From: Corallochytrium limacisporum Hawaii
Lineage: Eukaryota; Protista; Pluriformea
Assembly: GCA_002811645.1 (NCBI GenBank)
Contig: PDIP01000068.1
Span: forward strand, 1-49,890
DNA length: 49,890 nucleotides
Direction of reading: 5' to 3'
Under the pieces are notes generated by a model. That model made no database searches. It was not told where the DNA came from and saw nothing but the letters and a program-made list of their open reading frames with translations. The first letter of the stretch is position 1; every line of letters begins with the position of its first letter. Shown in pieces: positions 1 through 10,264 of this stretch. Position numbers and translations under genes: made by a program.

Positions 1-363
1 CTGCCACCACCAACCCCCCCCCTTCCCCCCTTGGGGAAGGGGGGTGGGGTGGGGTGTGGGCTTCTGGGGTGTGTGGAGCTGGGCCAAAAATAAAGCACCT
101 GGACTGCTCAAGAATGCACACGGGCCGAGATTGTGCACTTGGTTTGGGGTCGTCGTTTCTAGTGTTTTGGGCAGTACGAGAATTTCTTTTCCGGGACCTA
201 AGATTGTACCAGTCGGAATGATTTTGGTGTATTGTATTCCCAGTTAGACGTAAAAAGCACCCAAGCTATGAGAAGATCTCGGGAAATAAACAATAGTCGG
301 TCCACATCTGTTATAGCCATTAGGAGCTCGGTGTTTTAGCTAATAACATACAGTAGCTCAATC

Positions 364-1371
364 ATGTTGTCCCTTCAGGCACTTCGTACCGTTCAGCGGG
401 CTCAGGCAGTCCAGCCTACCATGTTTACCCGTGCTATTGGTGTGCGTACCATGGCTGACTACTCCAAGACTCGCCAGAACTTGAAGATCGGTTCCAACAC
501 CAAGGTCATCTGCCAGGGTTTCACGGGTAAGCAGGGTACTTTCCATAGCCAGCAGGCAATTGAATACGGCACCAACATGGTCGGTGGTGTGTCCCCCAAG
601 AAAGCTGGTACCACCCATCTTGGTCTGCCCGTCTTCGCTAGCGTTTCCGAGGCTATGAAGGAGACCGTTGCAGATGCCACCGTCGTGTATGTGCCTCCGC
701 CGGGCGCAGCCGCCGCTATCATGGAGGCCATGGAAGCTGAGATCGGTCTCTGTGTGTGCATTACTGAGGGTATCCCTCAGGCCGATATGGTCAAGGTCAA
801 GCAAGCTCTTCTGAGCCAGGAGAAGACTCGTCTGGTGGGACCAAACTGCCCCGGTGTCATTGCCCCTGATGAGTGCAAGATTGGTATCATGCCCGGACAT
901 ATCCACAAGCGCGGTAAGATTGGTGTCGTATCCCGCTCCGGTACTCTGACCTACGAGGCCGTAGGTCAGACCACTGCCTCCGGCCAGGGACAAACCCTGT
1001 GTGTCGGTATCGGTGGTGACCCCTTCAACGGCACTAACTTCATCGACTGCCTGGACATCTTCCTGCACGACGACGAAACTGAGGGTATCATTCTCATCGG
1101 TGAGATTGGTGGCAGTGCTGAGGAAGAGGCGGCAGAGTACATCATTGAGAACAACCAGAAGAACAAGCCTATTGTTAGCTTCATTGCTGGTCGCACAGCT
1201 CCCCCCGGCCGTCGCATGGGTCACGCGGGTGCCATTATTAGCGGTGGTAAGGGAGGCGCCGATGACAAGATCAAGGCCCTGAACAAGGCTGGCGTTGAGG
1301 TTGTCGACTCCCCCGCACAAATGGGTAAGAAGATGGTCAACATGTTTGAAGAGCGTGGCATGACCCCTTAA
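364..1371 (+). CDS. SUCLG1: Succinyl-CoA ligase alpha subunit, mitochondrial (335 aa)
   Basis: Motifs [45 protein letters not shown] and the phospho-His motif [10 protein letters not shown]. Arg-rich N-terminal presequence. Intronless. Confidence 0.97.
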   Translation: MLSLQALRTVQRAQAVQPTMFTRAIGVRTMADYSKTRQNLKIGSNTKVICQGFTGKQGTFHSQQAIEYGTNMVGGVSPKKAGTTHLGLPVFASVSEAMKETVADATVVYVPPPGAAAAIMEAMEAEIGLCVCITEGIPQADMVKVKQALLSQEKTRLVGPNCPGVIAPDECKIGIMPGHIHKRGKIGVVSRSGTLTYEAVGQTTASGQGQTLCVGIGGDPFNGTNFIDCLDIFLHDDETEGIILIGEIGGSAEEEAAEYIIENNQKNKPIVSFIAGRTAPPGRRMGHAGAIISGGKGGADDKIKALNKAGVEVVDSPAQMGKKMVNMFEERGMTP

Positions 1372-1977
1372 AGTAGTCTTTAACTCACTTCATCATTTGT
1401 GCTTCAATTATGCGAATCAAAACTGTCTTCAACACATGAATGTTGCTGGGGTTAGTTTTGTAGGGCAACTACTTCCCATTGATCTGGGATCAGACACACT
1501 ATAGCTTTCTCCCAGCAATCCTTATAAACGCATTCAAAAATCGAATAAAAGAAACGAAGCTCTTCAACTTGTGTGGTAGCTTTATTCACGACCCCTTGGA
1601 CCGTAGAGACACGAACTACGAGATCGATCAACTGGACCCGGTTTACTTAGCAGCGCTGCCCAAATCCCCACCTTCCCGCCAAGTACAAAGAAAAGGGGAC
1701 CCCCAACAAGTGAGGCGGGATGAAGAGGGGCGGGCGGGTTGTGAGGAAAATGTTGTCACAGTTGCTGTTGTGTTGTGTCCGTACTGGTGCGGATGGGGTC
1801 CCAGCGAGGGTGGGTGCTGGACATCCCGTCGCGGCGGCGCGGGAGAAAAGTCCCGCGGTGTTGTGGCGTTTTCACAGCGAGTAAAGTCGTGGACGAAAGG
1901 TAATTCAAGAGAGATGCGCACTGATCTCAATACCCAAGCCTTTACATTTTCGAAACACACACATACAGGACGTAAAT

Positions 1978-2499
1978 ATGGCAAACATTGACGTATGCAC
2001 GATCACTGACGACGCTAAGGCGGCGTGCAAGAAGTTGCGCTTTCGTAAGGCGCAGAACAATGGTATTCTAAGTCTGAAGATCGAGTCGATAGAGAAGGAC
2101 GCTCGTGTCGTTATTGACGAGGTCGTGGACAACGCGGACATTGAAGACTTTGGAGGCGATTTGCCCATCGCAGAACCTCGATATGTTGTCATAAGTTATT
2201 GCTTTGAACACGACGACGGAAGGAAGAGTTTCCCCTTGGTCTTTGTCAGCTACTTCCCAGATGGCACAAAACCGCAATTGAACATGATTTACACAGGAGC
2301 ACAGCCGGCTGTTATGCGAGAGTTTCAGATCAATAAGGTAAGTACTTGTTTCCCATGTCGGATATGACATAGAACTGTGAGATATTCTAACTGTTTCTTA
2401 ACCCTCCATTCCTACTTTCTTCCTTTGCAGAGTCTAAACCTCCGTGACCCTGAAGAACTCACCGAGGAGTGGATCAATGAATGTCTTGGCCTTGTGTAG
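1978..2499 (+). CDS. GMF: Glia maturation factor (ADF-H fold, Arp2/3 debranching factor); exons 1978-2337 and 2431-2499, 142 aa
   Basis: Motifs KKLRFRK and PRYVVISYCFEHDDGRKSFPLVFVSYFP..KPQLNMIYTG. Splicing a phase-0 intron adds SLNLRDPEELTEEWINECLGLV*, matching the GMF C-terminal 'LTEEWL' motif. Confidence 0.93.
2338..2430 (+). other. Spliceosomal intron in GMF (93 nt)
   Basis: GTAAGT donor at 2338, branch-like TTCTAAC at 2385-2391, pyrimidine tract ending TTTGCAG at 2430. Removal restores the conserved C-terminus. Confidence 0.92.
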
Positions 2500-2826
2500 A
2501 TGTGCAAGCCACCAGTACTTGAAAACTGAAGCCAAGTTTCTATTCTTGAACGACTATAGTACCGCACTATATAGAAGACTTTCGTATGTAAAACATGTCA
2601 AATGCAAGTGTAATATTTGTTTTGTGTGTGTAGCGCTATGCGCTGCAGCGTATGTTGGAACCTATGTTGTAGTTTTGATACATTTTCTGTGTGAGATGGA
2701 TGACCCTAGCCGATCCACTGCGATATCAATCCCATTGCCCTGTATTACATGGACGGGAACACGCCCGAGTTTCTATGATTCCATGCTGCCTATGAATTCA
2801 CGTACGTCTCATGCTGTAGCAGCATT

Positions 2827-3231
2827 TCAGTCGAGTAGAGCGACCATCATGCGGTACAGGTAGAAGAAGAAGCAGAGCAGGTAGAAGCCAAGCTTGACCA
2901 GGCACTCCTGACGGTGATACTTGAGCTGCTGGAATATACTGGTAGCGTCATAAGTGTGCTTCTTCTGAGTGTACTTCCATGCGTGATATCCCACCAGAGG
3001 CAAGTTCATGAGGAATGCAATAAACTGTCCCGCCGGTAAGAAGATTACAGTTAGGAAACCGTGCAGCGCATACTCCGGAATGACAAACTGATTGAGCTTG
3101 TTACAACAGTCGATGGGGTTGATGTAGTCACACTCCAAATCACTCAGCATAATAATGAAAAAGACCATGCCAAAGAGGAGGACGGCCACTAGGACCACGG
3201 CCAGAATAAACAGGAATGCCGTTCCCGACAT
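2827..3231 (-). CDS. ERV14: Cornichon/Erv14-family ER cargo receptor (134 aa)
   Basis: Motifs SDLECDYINPIDCCNKLN, YDATSIF and KLGFYLLCFFFYLYRM; three hydrophobic helices. Confidence 0.95.
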   Translation of the reverse strand: MSGTAFLFILAVVLVAVLLFGMVFFIIMLSDLECDYINPIDCCNKLNQFVIPEYALHGFLTVIFLPAGQFIAFLMNLPLVGYHAWKYTQKKHTYDATSIFQQLKYHRQECLVKLGFYLLCFFFYLYRMMVALLD

Positions 3232-5909
3232 TGTGGTTATGTTAAATTATGGAATGTGTTGTATAAGTCTTTCGTTTGAAATAAAAGATAGTCGATCATT
3301 TGTGAGCACGTCTGCTTGACATACCCTCATGGTTCGCTTCGCAATGTCATATTCCATCACTTTCATTTAAGCAAATAATACTACCACTGTGCTACGCATG
3401 AGTCCGTCACATGCCATTCGTAAATTCTCGCTGTCACTAAACTTGCTTAATCTCCGACGTGACCGCCCGCCTTTCCGATCCACACTACGACACCGTCCAA
3501 ACCTGCTCCGTGCCAGAAGCACAATGGGCGCCGGACACCGCATTTCCGCTCCCTTCCATGCAATGATGTGTCGTTTTTGCTCTTGATTTTTTCCCGCCTT
3601 CTGCGGATGACAGCTGCTGAAAGAGTGCCAACTCAAACAAGTTTGTACCCAGTAGAGACCATCAGGTCGTTCCGGGCAAGTTCGCGGGTCGCGCTTGTGA
3701 CTTCGAGAATGAATTGTTGGTTCGTGAAGCGATACTATAGCCACTGTCTCTGCCGGGGTTTGTATGTTTTCGTTCCGGGCCGTGTGTGTTGTGATTTTCC
3801 TATTAGTTATTACATAAGAACGCGCCAATGAAACTGAAAACCTAATAACACTGTACAATCATCTCTTATCCTGCCCCAGAAGGGTGCATGCTTAACGGCC
3901 CGGCATATGATGGGCGAGCTCACTCCTTCCTTTACGTGGAAGGGTACAAAGGAGTCTGCTTGACCATGCACATCGTTCATGGCCAGACAAGACGTGTGAT
4001 GGATGAGGAAATCGTGCACAATTGTGGATGCCTCATTACCTTCGTTTGGCTGGCTGCCATTGGCTGAAATTGTGGGCATTCAGGAGCTGAACAGGGCGAT
4101 GGAGAGACGGAAGAAATTGTAGGGGGGGGTGGGCTCTGGGAAAAGGGGCCGAAAGACAGCTGGAAACTGGACGGGAAAGCCGGTTACAATAAAGAGGCCC
4201 CTGATTCAATCACCCATATACTGACTTCCACGGTCAAACTCCGTGCGCTTGTTATTCTGTTGTGACTATGGCAGCAGCAAAGCGGCAAGGGAAAGCAAGG
4301 AGTGCGATCGTGAGACCTCCTCACCCGTGCTCTCGGCCACCATAATTTTTCTCTACAACTTGCGAGGAAAAGCTCGCAACGAGGAAGAGTGCCCAAGGCA
4401 GGGCGAGAGGGGAGAAATCTCCAGAGCGGCTCAAAGTTTCTGCCACCACAAAGACAGCAACCGTGAAGCCGGAATGGAAAAGAAAAAGTATGAACCAGGT
4501 AAGCAGCACATGGGCCACCGCCATTGCATCTCTTCGAACGGTTGAAGCGGTACTTTCACTGCTGCATGACCTGCCGCAATATGCTCAATATAGGCTGTAT
4601 GGTTCTCGGCACGCACCCCCGAATTCTCGACGTGCTCAGAATGACGGTGTCACCGTCGAGGGCGAAAGCTCGGAAGAAGGATACCACCACGGTTGTGGAA
4701 ATTATGCTGCGACCAGCATGAATTGGGTCCAAAGCGCATGGAGACGGAGCAGATAATAGCAGAGTACCCATTGAAAGAATCCGCCGCCAGTGTTGGTCTC
4801 TATTCCGCTATTATTCAGGAAGGCAGCAGCGGTGCCAGAATGCAGCAACAGCGGCGCCCACTTATTCCATGCTCGGCGTTGGGTATGCCTGCTTGAGGCT
4901 AACCACACCGAACACGGGGAGAAAAGCAAAACAACCGAACAGATAGCCCGCTCCGTGACCAAATTCAAGAAGTGAGGGCAGGAGAGCCCGAATGGAGCCC
5001 TAGGGAGACACAGCGCTCTCCCCGTTTCGTACCCGAGGGCGGTGCGGGAGGGACAACAATCGAATTTTTGTTCGCTCGCCGTACATTTTCGTTTTTCCGT
5101 CGCGCATGGAAAGAAGGCGCCATCTTTCGTTCCGTCCCTACAGCGCACACAAGCAGCACAGCAGCCGCGTCTGACGAAGAAAAAAAAAAGGCCCACCCAC
5201 GAACACACACTTGCCATCCTGTCCCAACATTCTGTGCACCGCGCGCGTTAGCTTTCGGTACATTACCACTTGCATGTGTTGATAGCAAATCAGTCCGTAC
5301 GCAGAGATATTGGGAGCGGGGCCTACATGGTCCTTTTCGTTTTCCATTTCGCAGGGTCACCTCTCCAAAGGATTGTTTCAATCTTCATGTGGCGTACCTG
5401 GTTAAAACCTGGGCGCCAGATAGAGGAGGGGCACAAACTGATTATCAATGGAAGAGTTGGTGAAAAACCTGGTCGTCGACAGTGGTAGCAACAAAAAGTG
5501 TTTTGGGGCCCCTGCAGTGTTTCAGAGCCCACTTTTGTTATTTTTTCGCGTGAGTGAAACGCAAGGACTAAGCTTTAGAGTGGCTGCGATGGAATTCATT
5601 GGAGCATAAGTTCTCTGCCAAAAGTAACCAGACTTGTGGAGTACGAGAAAAATCCTGCCAAGATAAGGGACATCAAGAGCCTTGGCTATTTGAGTCAAAT
5701 CACTGTTTATAATCACCTTTCCTTTTTGCCTACTTGATACAACGCGTAGTCTACATTACTGGGACTTATTTGTATGTATTGAATTTTGACGGGTTCGTTG
5801 AAAGTCGCAGGATTATAAACAACAGGTGTCGGTGACCATTGAATGGGAATCGGGCCTTTGTAATTATAAGGAGAGCCAAACAGGTCACGGAATTATAACC
5901 GAATAAGAA

Positions 5910-6851
5910 ATGGCAACCAACGTCGACATCGACATTGACGCCGTCATCGCTTCCCTGTTGGAAGTCAAGGGTGAACGTCCGGGCAAACAGGTACAGCTGA
6001 GCGAGCAGACTATTCGTGGTCTTTGCATTAAGGCACGTGAGATCTTTGTGCAGCAGCCTATCCTGCTGGAGCTGGAGGCCCCGATCAAGATCTGCGGTGA
6101 TGTCCATGGGCAGTATTTTGATCTGCTTCGTCTTTTCGAGTACGGCGGTTTTCCTCCCGAATCCAACTACCTCTTCCTCGGAGACTATGTTGATCGCGGT
6201 AAACAGAGTCTGGAGACCATTTGCCTGCTTCTAGCTTACAAGATCAAATACCCCGAAAATTTCTTCATTTTGCGCGGAAATCACGAATGTGCCAGCATTA
6301 ACCGCATTTACGGTTTCTACGATGAATGCAAGCGGCGGTACAACATTAAGTTGTGGAAGACATTCACAGACTGCTTCAACTGCTTGCCCATTGCTGCAGT
6401 AATTGACGAGAAAATTTTCTGCATGCATGGTGGTCTGAGCCCTGATTTGGTGAACATGGAACAGCTGCGCCGTATCATGCGCCCAACTGATGTGCCTGAC
6501 ACTGGTCTGCTGTGTGACTTGCTGTGGAGTGATCCCGACAAAGATATTTCGGGTTGGGGAGAAAATGACCGAGGTGTGTCTTTCACATTCGGACCAGATG
6601 TGGTTAGCAAGTTCTTGACACGTCACGACTTTGATCTCATTTGCCGAGCCCACCAGGTCGTGGAAGATGGCTATGAATTCTTTGCAAAACGTCAGCTCGT
6701 GACCATTTTCTCAGCACCAAACTACTGTGGTGAATTCGACAACGCTGGAGCAATGATGAGCGTAGATGAGACGCTCATGTGCTCTTTCCACATCCTGAAG
6801 CCGGCCGAGAAAAAGATGCTGGCCAATGATAAGAAGGGAAAGAAGAAATAA
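5910..6851 (+). CDS. PPP1C: Serine/threonine protein phosphatase PP1 catalytic subunit (313 aa)
   Basis: PPP motifs GDVHGQ, GDYVDRG, LRGNHE and [11 protein letters not shown], plus PP1-specific [17 protein letters not shown]. Confidence 0.98.
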   Translation: MATNVDIDIDAVIASLLEVKGERPGKQVQLSEQTIRGLCIKAREIFVQQPILLELEAPIKICGDVHGQYFDLLRLFEYGGFPPESNYLFLGDYVDRGKQSLETICLLLAYKIKYPENFFILRGNHECASINRIYGFYDECKRRYNIKLWKTFTDCFNCLPIAAVIDEKIFCMHGGLSPDLVNMEQLRRIMRPTDVPDTGLLCDLLWSDPDKDISGWGENDRGVSFTFGPDVVSKFLTRHDFDLICRAHQVVEDGYEFFAKRQLVTIFSAPNYCGEFDNAGAMMSVDETLMCSFHILKPAEKKMLANDKKGKKK

Positions 6852-8281
6852 GAAACATCTCTGTCACAAAGGCAATTCTGGGCAGCTCGCTGATATGTGG
6901 TCATGGTATGGTGAGGGACCCCGAAATAAGAACTCTGGGTGCGCGTTTCAAATCAACAGGGCATGGACAACAGTGTTCATCTGTAGTTTTTTTTCGCATA
7001 TTTGATTTCATCCAACCGCTTCCAAATTGAAATGACAACACACTCGGTCTTGGAGACGGTTTTCTCGTGTCGTTCTGTCATGTATGTGTTAGTCAGCTCA
7101 CAAGCGCACTAGCACTCGTTACGAGGCCACTGATCTCCACAAACATCTGCCCTTTTCTGCACAATCGCCGGTTGATTTGATTTCCACCGTCATCTATTGA
7201 GAGAACTTGAATCCTCATTATAAAACGATGCTTTCCATCATGGTTGACCTGGAGAGGAAGCAACATGGGTTCTGAATGCCCATGGCCACAACAAGGAATC
7301 ACTTGTCATCTGAGCACCCACCCCATCCTAGTGAATCGTAAGCATAACACCTAGCAACTTTACAAAAGAGTATGAGTACCCCCATTTAATTGTCGTTTAA
7401 GAGAACGGAATACAGATCGGGTACTTTCAAAATAGCCAAGGACTCCATAACGCTCTGTATGCGGGACGGGACCAGCCAAGGCCGTGAACAATTCATCCTG
7501 ATTGAAACTTGATCCATCTACGACTTTGCGATGCATCGTTTATGTCCCAATCTCCTTGCTTTTCGACTCATAAGGGCAACATCGGACATATGGAGCATCC
7601 TTAGTTTGCCATGTTTTTGGAAATCATGTGCTTGATGCAAAGTTTAGTCCAGAATATTTGCAACATTGGCGTGACCTGGCAGTACGCTGCTTCCGCATCC
7701 TCTTCGTGGTTCCTGCGCCGGGCTCTCAATTTTTGGCGACCAGGCAATTTGGAACCCTGTTTCCTTCACATACGGGAATAAAATACATAGTATGTTGAAG
7801 GCAGTCGCTCATATATAAAATCTCTGACCTGTAGCCGCCAGCTGAACAAATTGAACGCATCCATTACATTATCGTGAGGTGGAAATTCGTTGGGTGCAGT
7901 AAGCTAAACTCTGCGAACATTGCAGGTCGTATCCTCAATTACGCTCAGTATCGAAGTGTAGTGTGAATTACGTACCGATGCCCCCTCCCCCGGGGCAACG
8001 TTTGCACTAAGGCTGCGGTTTACACTTCACTCATCTGTGGGTGTTCCTAACGCGGGCCGGCCGATTTACATAGGATGGGTCATACTGCAGTGTGCAGAAA
8101 TGAAGGGGGCAGTTGGGAAGGCGGGCCACGCGCGCAGTAGGGGGCCCTCAGCGGGAACGGGGTGCGGGTCCCACCTGAAGTCCCGGAGGGTACTTCATGT
8201 GGCTGCCTCACCCTATCATTTGAGATTGGATTTTGGAGCCCGAAGATCGCGCGGATGATCTTTTAATAGTGTAGTCTCGAC

Positions 8282-9415
8282 ATGATGCTGGAGACCAATC
8301 CAGGTGATACGTCGGCCAGCGACCCAATGCTGGAAAAGCAAGAGGCCAAGAAAAGGAAGGCCAAGCAACCGGGCACCGAAGGCAAGGAACCTGCCTCCAA
8401 ACAAGCTAAGACAGAAAAGAAGAAGGAAAAGAAACATAGCAAGCCAAAACAGCGTCCTACAGTTTCCGTAGCGCTTCCGGGATCTATAGTTGACAATGCA
8501 CAGTCAGGGGAGCTGCGAACTTACCTGGCAGGTCAGATTGCTAGGGCGCTTACTGTTTATGAAGTGGACGAGGTAGTTGTCTTTGACGAATCTCAGAGCG
8601 GGCACACAACAACCGAAGGTGCAGTAACAGATGCAAAGAACACGGAAGGCACTGTCTTTCTGGCTCGGATATTGCAGTATCTTGAAACTCCGCAGTACCT
8701 CCGTAAGCATTTCTTCCCTAAGCACAGGGATCTCCAGTACGCTGGTTTACTGAATCCTCTAGATGCCCCCCATCATCTCCGTGAGACCATGCCATCGCGG
8801 TTTAGGGAGGGCGTGACCCTCGACCGGCCAACCAAGAATCAGCAGGGAACCTATGTTTACGTAGGTCTGAAGAAGGAGGTGCTCGTTGACAAAGTCATCC
8901 AGCCCGGTGTCCGAGTGACTGTTGACCTAGGAGAAAACGCAGTTAATGTGGAGTTGGCGTTCAGCCAGGATAAGCATCTGAATGGTGTACTGGTCAGTCC
9001 CACGACACCTCGCAACGCACCAACACCTCACAATCAATACTGGGGGTACACGACGCGAATGGCATCGTCCCTGTCAGAGGTCTTCACTGGCTCACCCTTC
9101 AAGAGGGGCTACGATCTGACTATTGGTACTTCCGAACGCGGTGACAACGTCGATGAGATGTCGAACATGCCAGATTTTGAGCATAGTCTAATCGTCCTGG
9201 GCGGTGTACATGGCTTAGAGGCTAGTCTGGAAGCCGACGAACAGCTCCCATTGGATAACCCCAAGTATCTGTTTGACACATACCTGAATGTATGCCCTTC
9301 TCAGGGCAGTCGCACCATTCGTACAGAAGAGGCTCTGCTGATCACTATGTCCGCACTAAGACCCATGTTGCAAAAAAAGATCACGTCCAACATTACCCCT
9401 ACAAACAGTTCATGA
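8282..9415 (+). CDS. SPOUT1: SPOUT-domain RNA methyltransferase SPOUT1/CENP-32 (C9orf114/DUF171 family), 377 aa
   Basis: Motifs TVSVALPGSIVDN, RTYLAGQIARA, LQYLETPQYLRK, GLLNPLDAPHH and C-terminal QGSRTIRTEEA; Lys-rich N-terminus. Confidence 0.93.
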   Translation: MMLETNPGDTSASDPMLEKQEAKKRKAKQPGTEGKEPASKQAKTEKKKEKKHSKPKQRPTVSVALPGSIVDNAQSGELRTYLAGQIARALTVYEVDEVVVFDESQSGHTTTEGAVTDAKNTEGTVFLARILQYLETPQYLRKHFFPKHRDLQYAGLLNPLDAPHHLRETMPSRFREGVTLDRPTKNQQGTYVYVGLKKEVLVDKVIQPGVRVTVDLGENAVNVELAFSQDKHLNGVLVSPTTPRNAPTPHNQYWGYTTRMASSLSEVFTGSPFKRGYDLTIGTSERGDNVDEMSNMPDFEHSLIVLGGVHGLEASLEADEQLPLDNPKYLFDTYLNVCPSQGSRTIRTEEALLITMSALRPMLQKKITSNITPTNSS

Positions 9416-9473
9416 AAATTTATCATATCATCATGCTTCCCTAATAAACTCTTCCATTGTTCATATAATTTCT

Positions 9474-9866
9474 TCAGTCGTTTGTAAAATCACGTTTGAA
9501 ATGCATATGATCTTCGCTAGCACCAACGAAATGACAAGTAGGGTTGCCTTCATCATCCAAGGATTCTTCAAATATCAGTGCTTTCCGCCGACCGTTAATG
9601 TACTTCCCGGAAAACTTCATGCCTCCAAGGGCTGCTGTGGGTTGCTTGTCAAGTAGATTCTTAAATGTTACGCTGCCCTCTGGTAGATCTAAAATAGTAT
9701 TGGGCTCTACAAGACCGTCGAAGGTGCATACAACTAGAGTCGCTTCGTTCTGCCCTTCTATATCATTCTCTTTTGACTGCCTCTTTGGCGACGGCTGGTC
9801 TTCCTCATGGTGATCATCATCGCTACGCGTACGGGTGCGGCGCCTGCCGTGCCCTTGTCTAGGCAT
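9474..9866 (-). CDS. Putative TFIIIC subunit 6 (GTF3C6/Tfc7-like triple-barrel domain) protein, 130 aa
   Basis: ACAATG start. Charged N-terminus, then LVVCTFDGLV...NLLDKQPTAALGGMKFSGKY...LIFEE..DDEGN. This resembles by eye my recollection of GTF3C6 (LVLVELSGII...GIDTERPILQV...FAGEY...VIFEE). Needs HMM confirmation. Confidence 0.62.
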   Translation of the reverse strand: MPRQGHGRRRTRTRSDDDHHEEDQPSPKRQSKENDIEGQNEATLVVCTFDGLVEPNTILDLPEGSVTFKNLLDKQPTAALGGMKFSGKYINGRRKALIFEESLDDEGNPTCHFVGASEDHMHFKRDFTND

Positions 9867-10264
9867 TGTTTATCTACATCTTCTGAACTATGGATGGACT
9901 TGTTGACTTCTCATGATCTCATTATAACACAGTGCTGCCAATTTTTAAATACCAATGCAGTGGGACCTACCCCGACAGCCACTCGCAACTTTGCACGGCG
10001 CTCTTGGCCGGCTTCCCCACCCTTCTCGAACGGACGGAGGGAGGAAATCCTAGCCACGTCAAGAATAGCCCCTGTGACGTTCTCCATGTAGAGTGGCAAC
10101 TTGCTCTATATATCGTCGGCGATAAAGGTACTCAGGAGCCACAACGTGAGTGTGTAAGGGTTCATCTCAAAGTAGGAAGCGTCTTGGAGTAACAACAATA
10201 CACCCAAATTGGCGTAGTGTGAAGGCAGATGCTATTTGTGGTGATGCTGTAGTTGTTGTCTCGG

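Noticed and set aside
358-1320. 320-aa antisense ORF over SUCLG1, and similar shadow ORFs over PP1, DHODH and FATP
   Set aside because: These lie antisense to conserved, codon-biased genes and have no motifs; they are typical shadow ORFs.
5680-7441. 12-bp inverted repeat CCTTGGCTATTT / AAATAGCCAAGG flanking PP1 (possible TIRs)
   Set aside because: Multiple 12-mer inverted matches are expected by chance in 25 kb, and there is no target-site duplication or transposase.
8519-8532. ACTTACCTGGCAGG matches the 5' end of U1 snRNA
   Set aside because: It lies inside the SPOUT1 CDS encoding the conserved RTYLAGQ, and no downstream U1 stem-loops or Sm site are evident.
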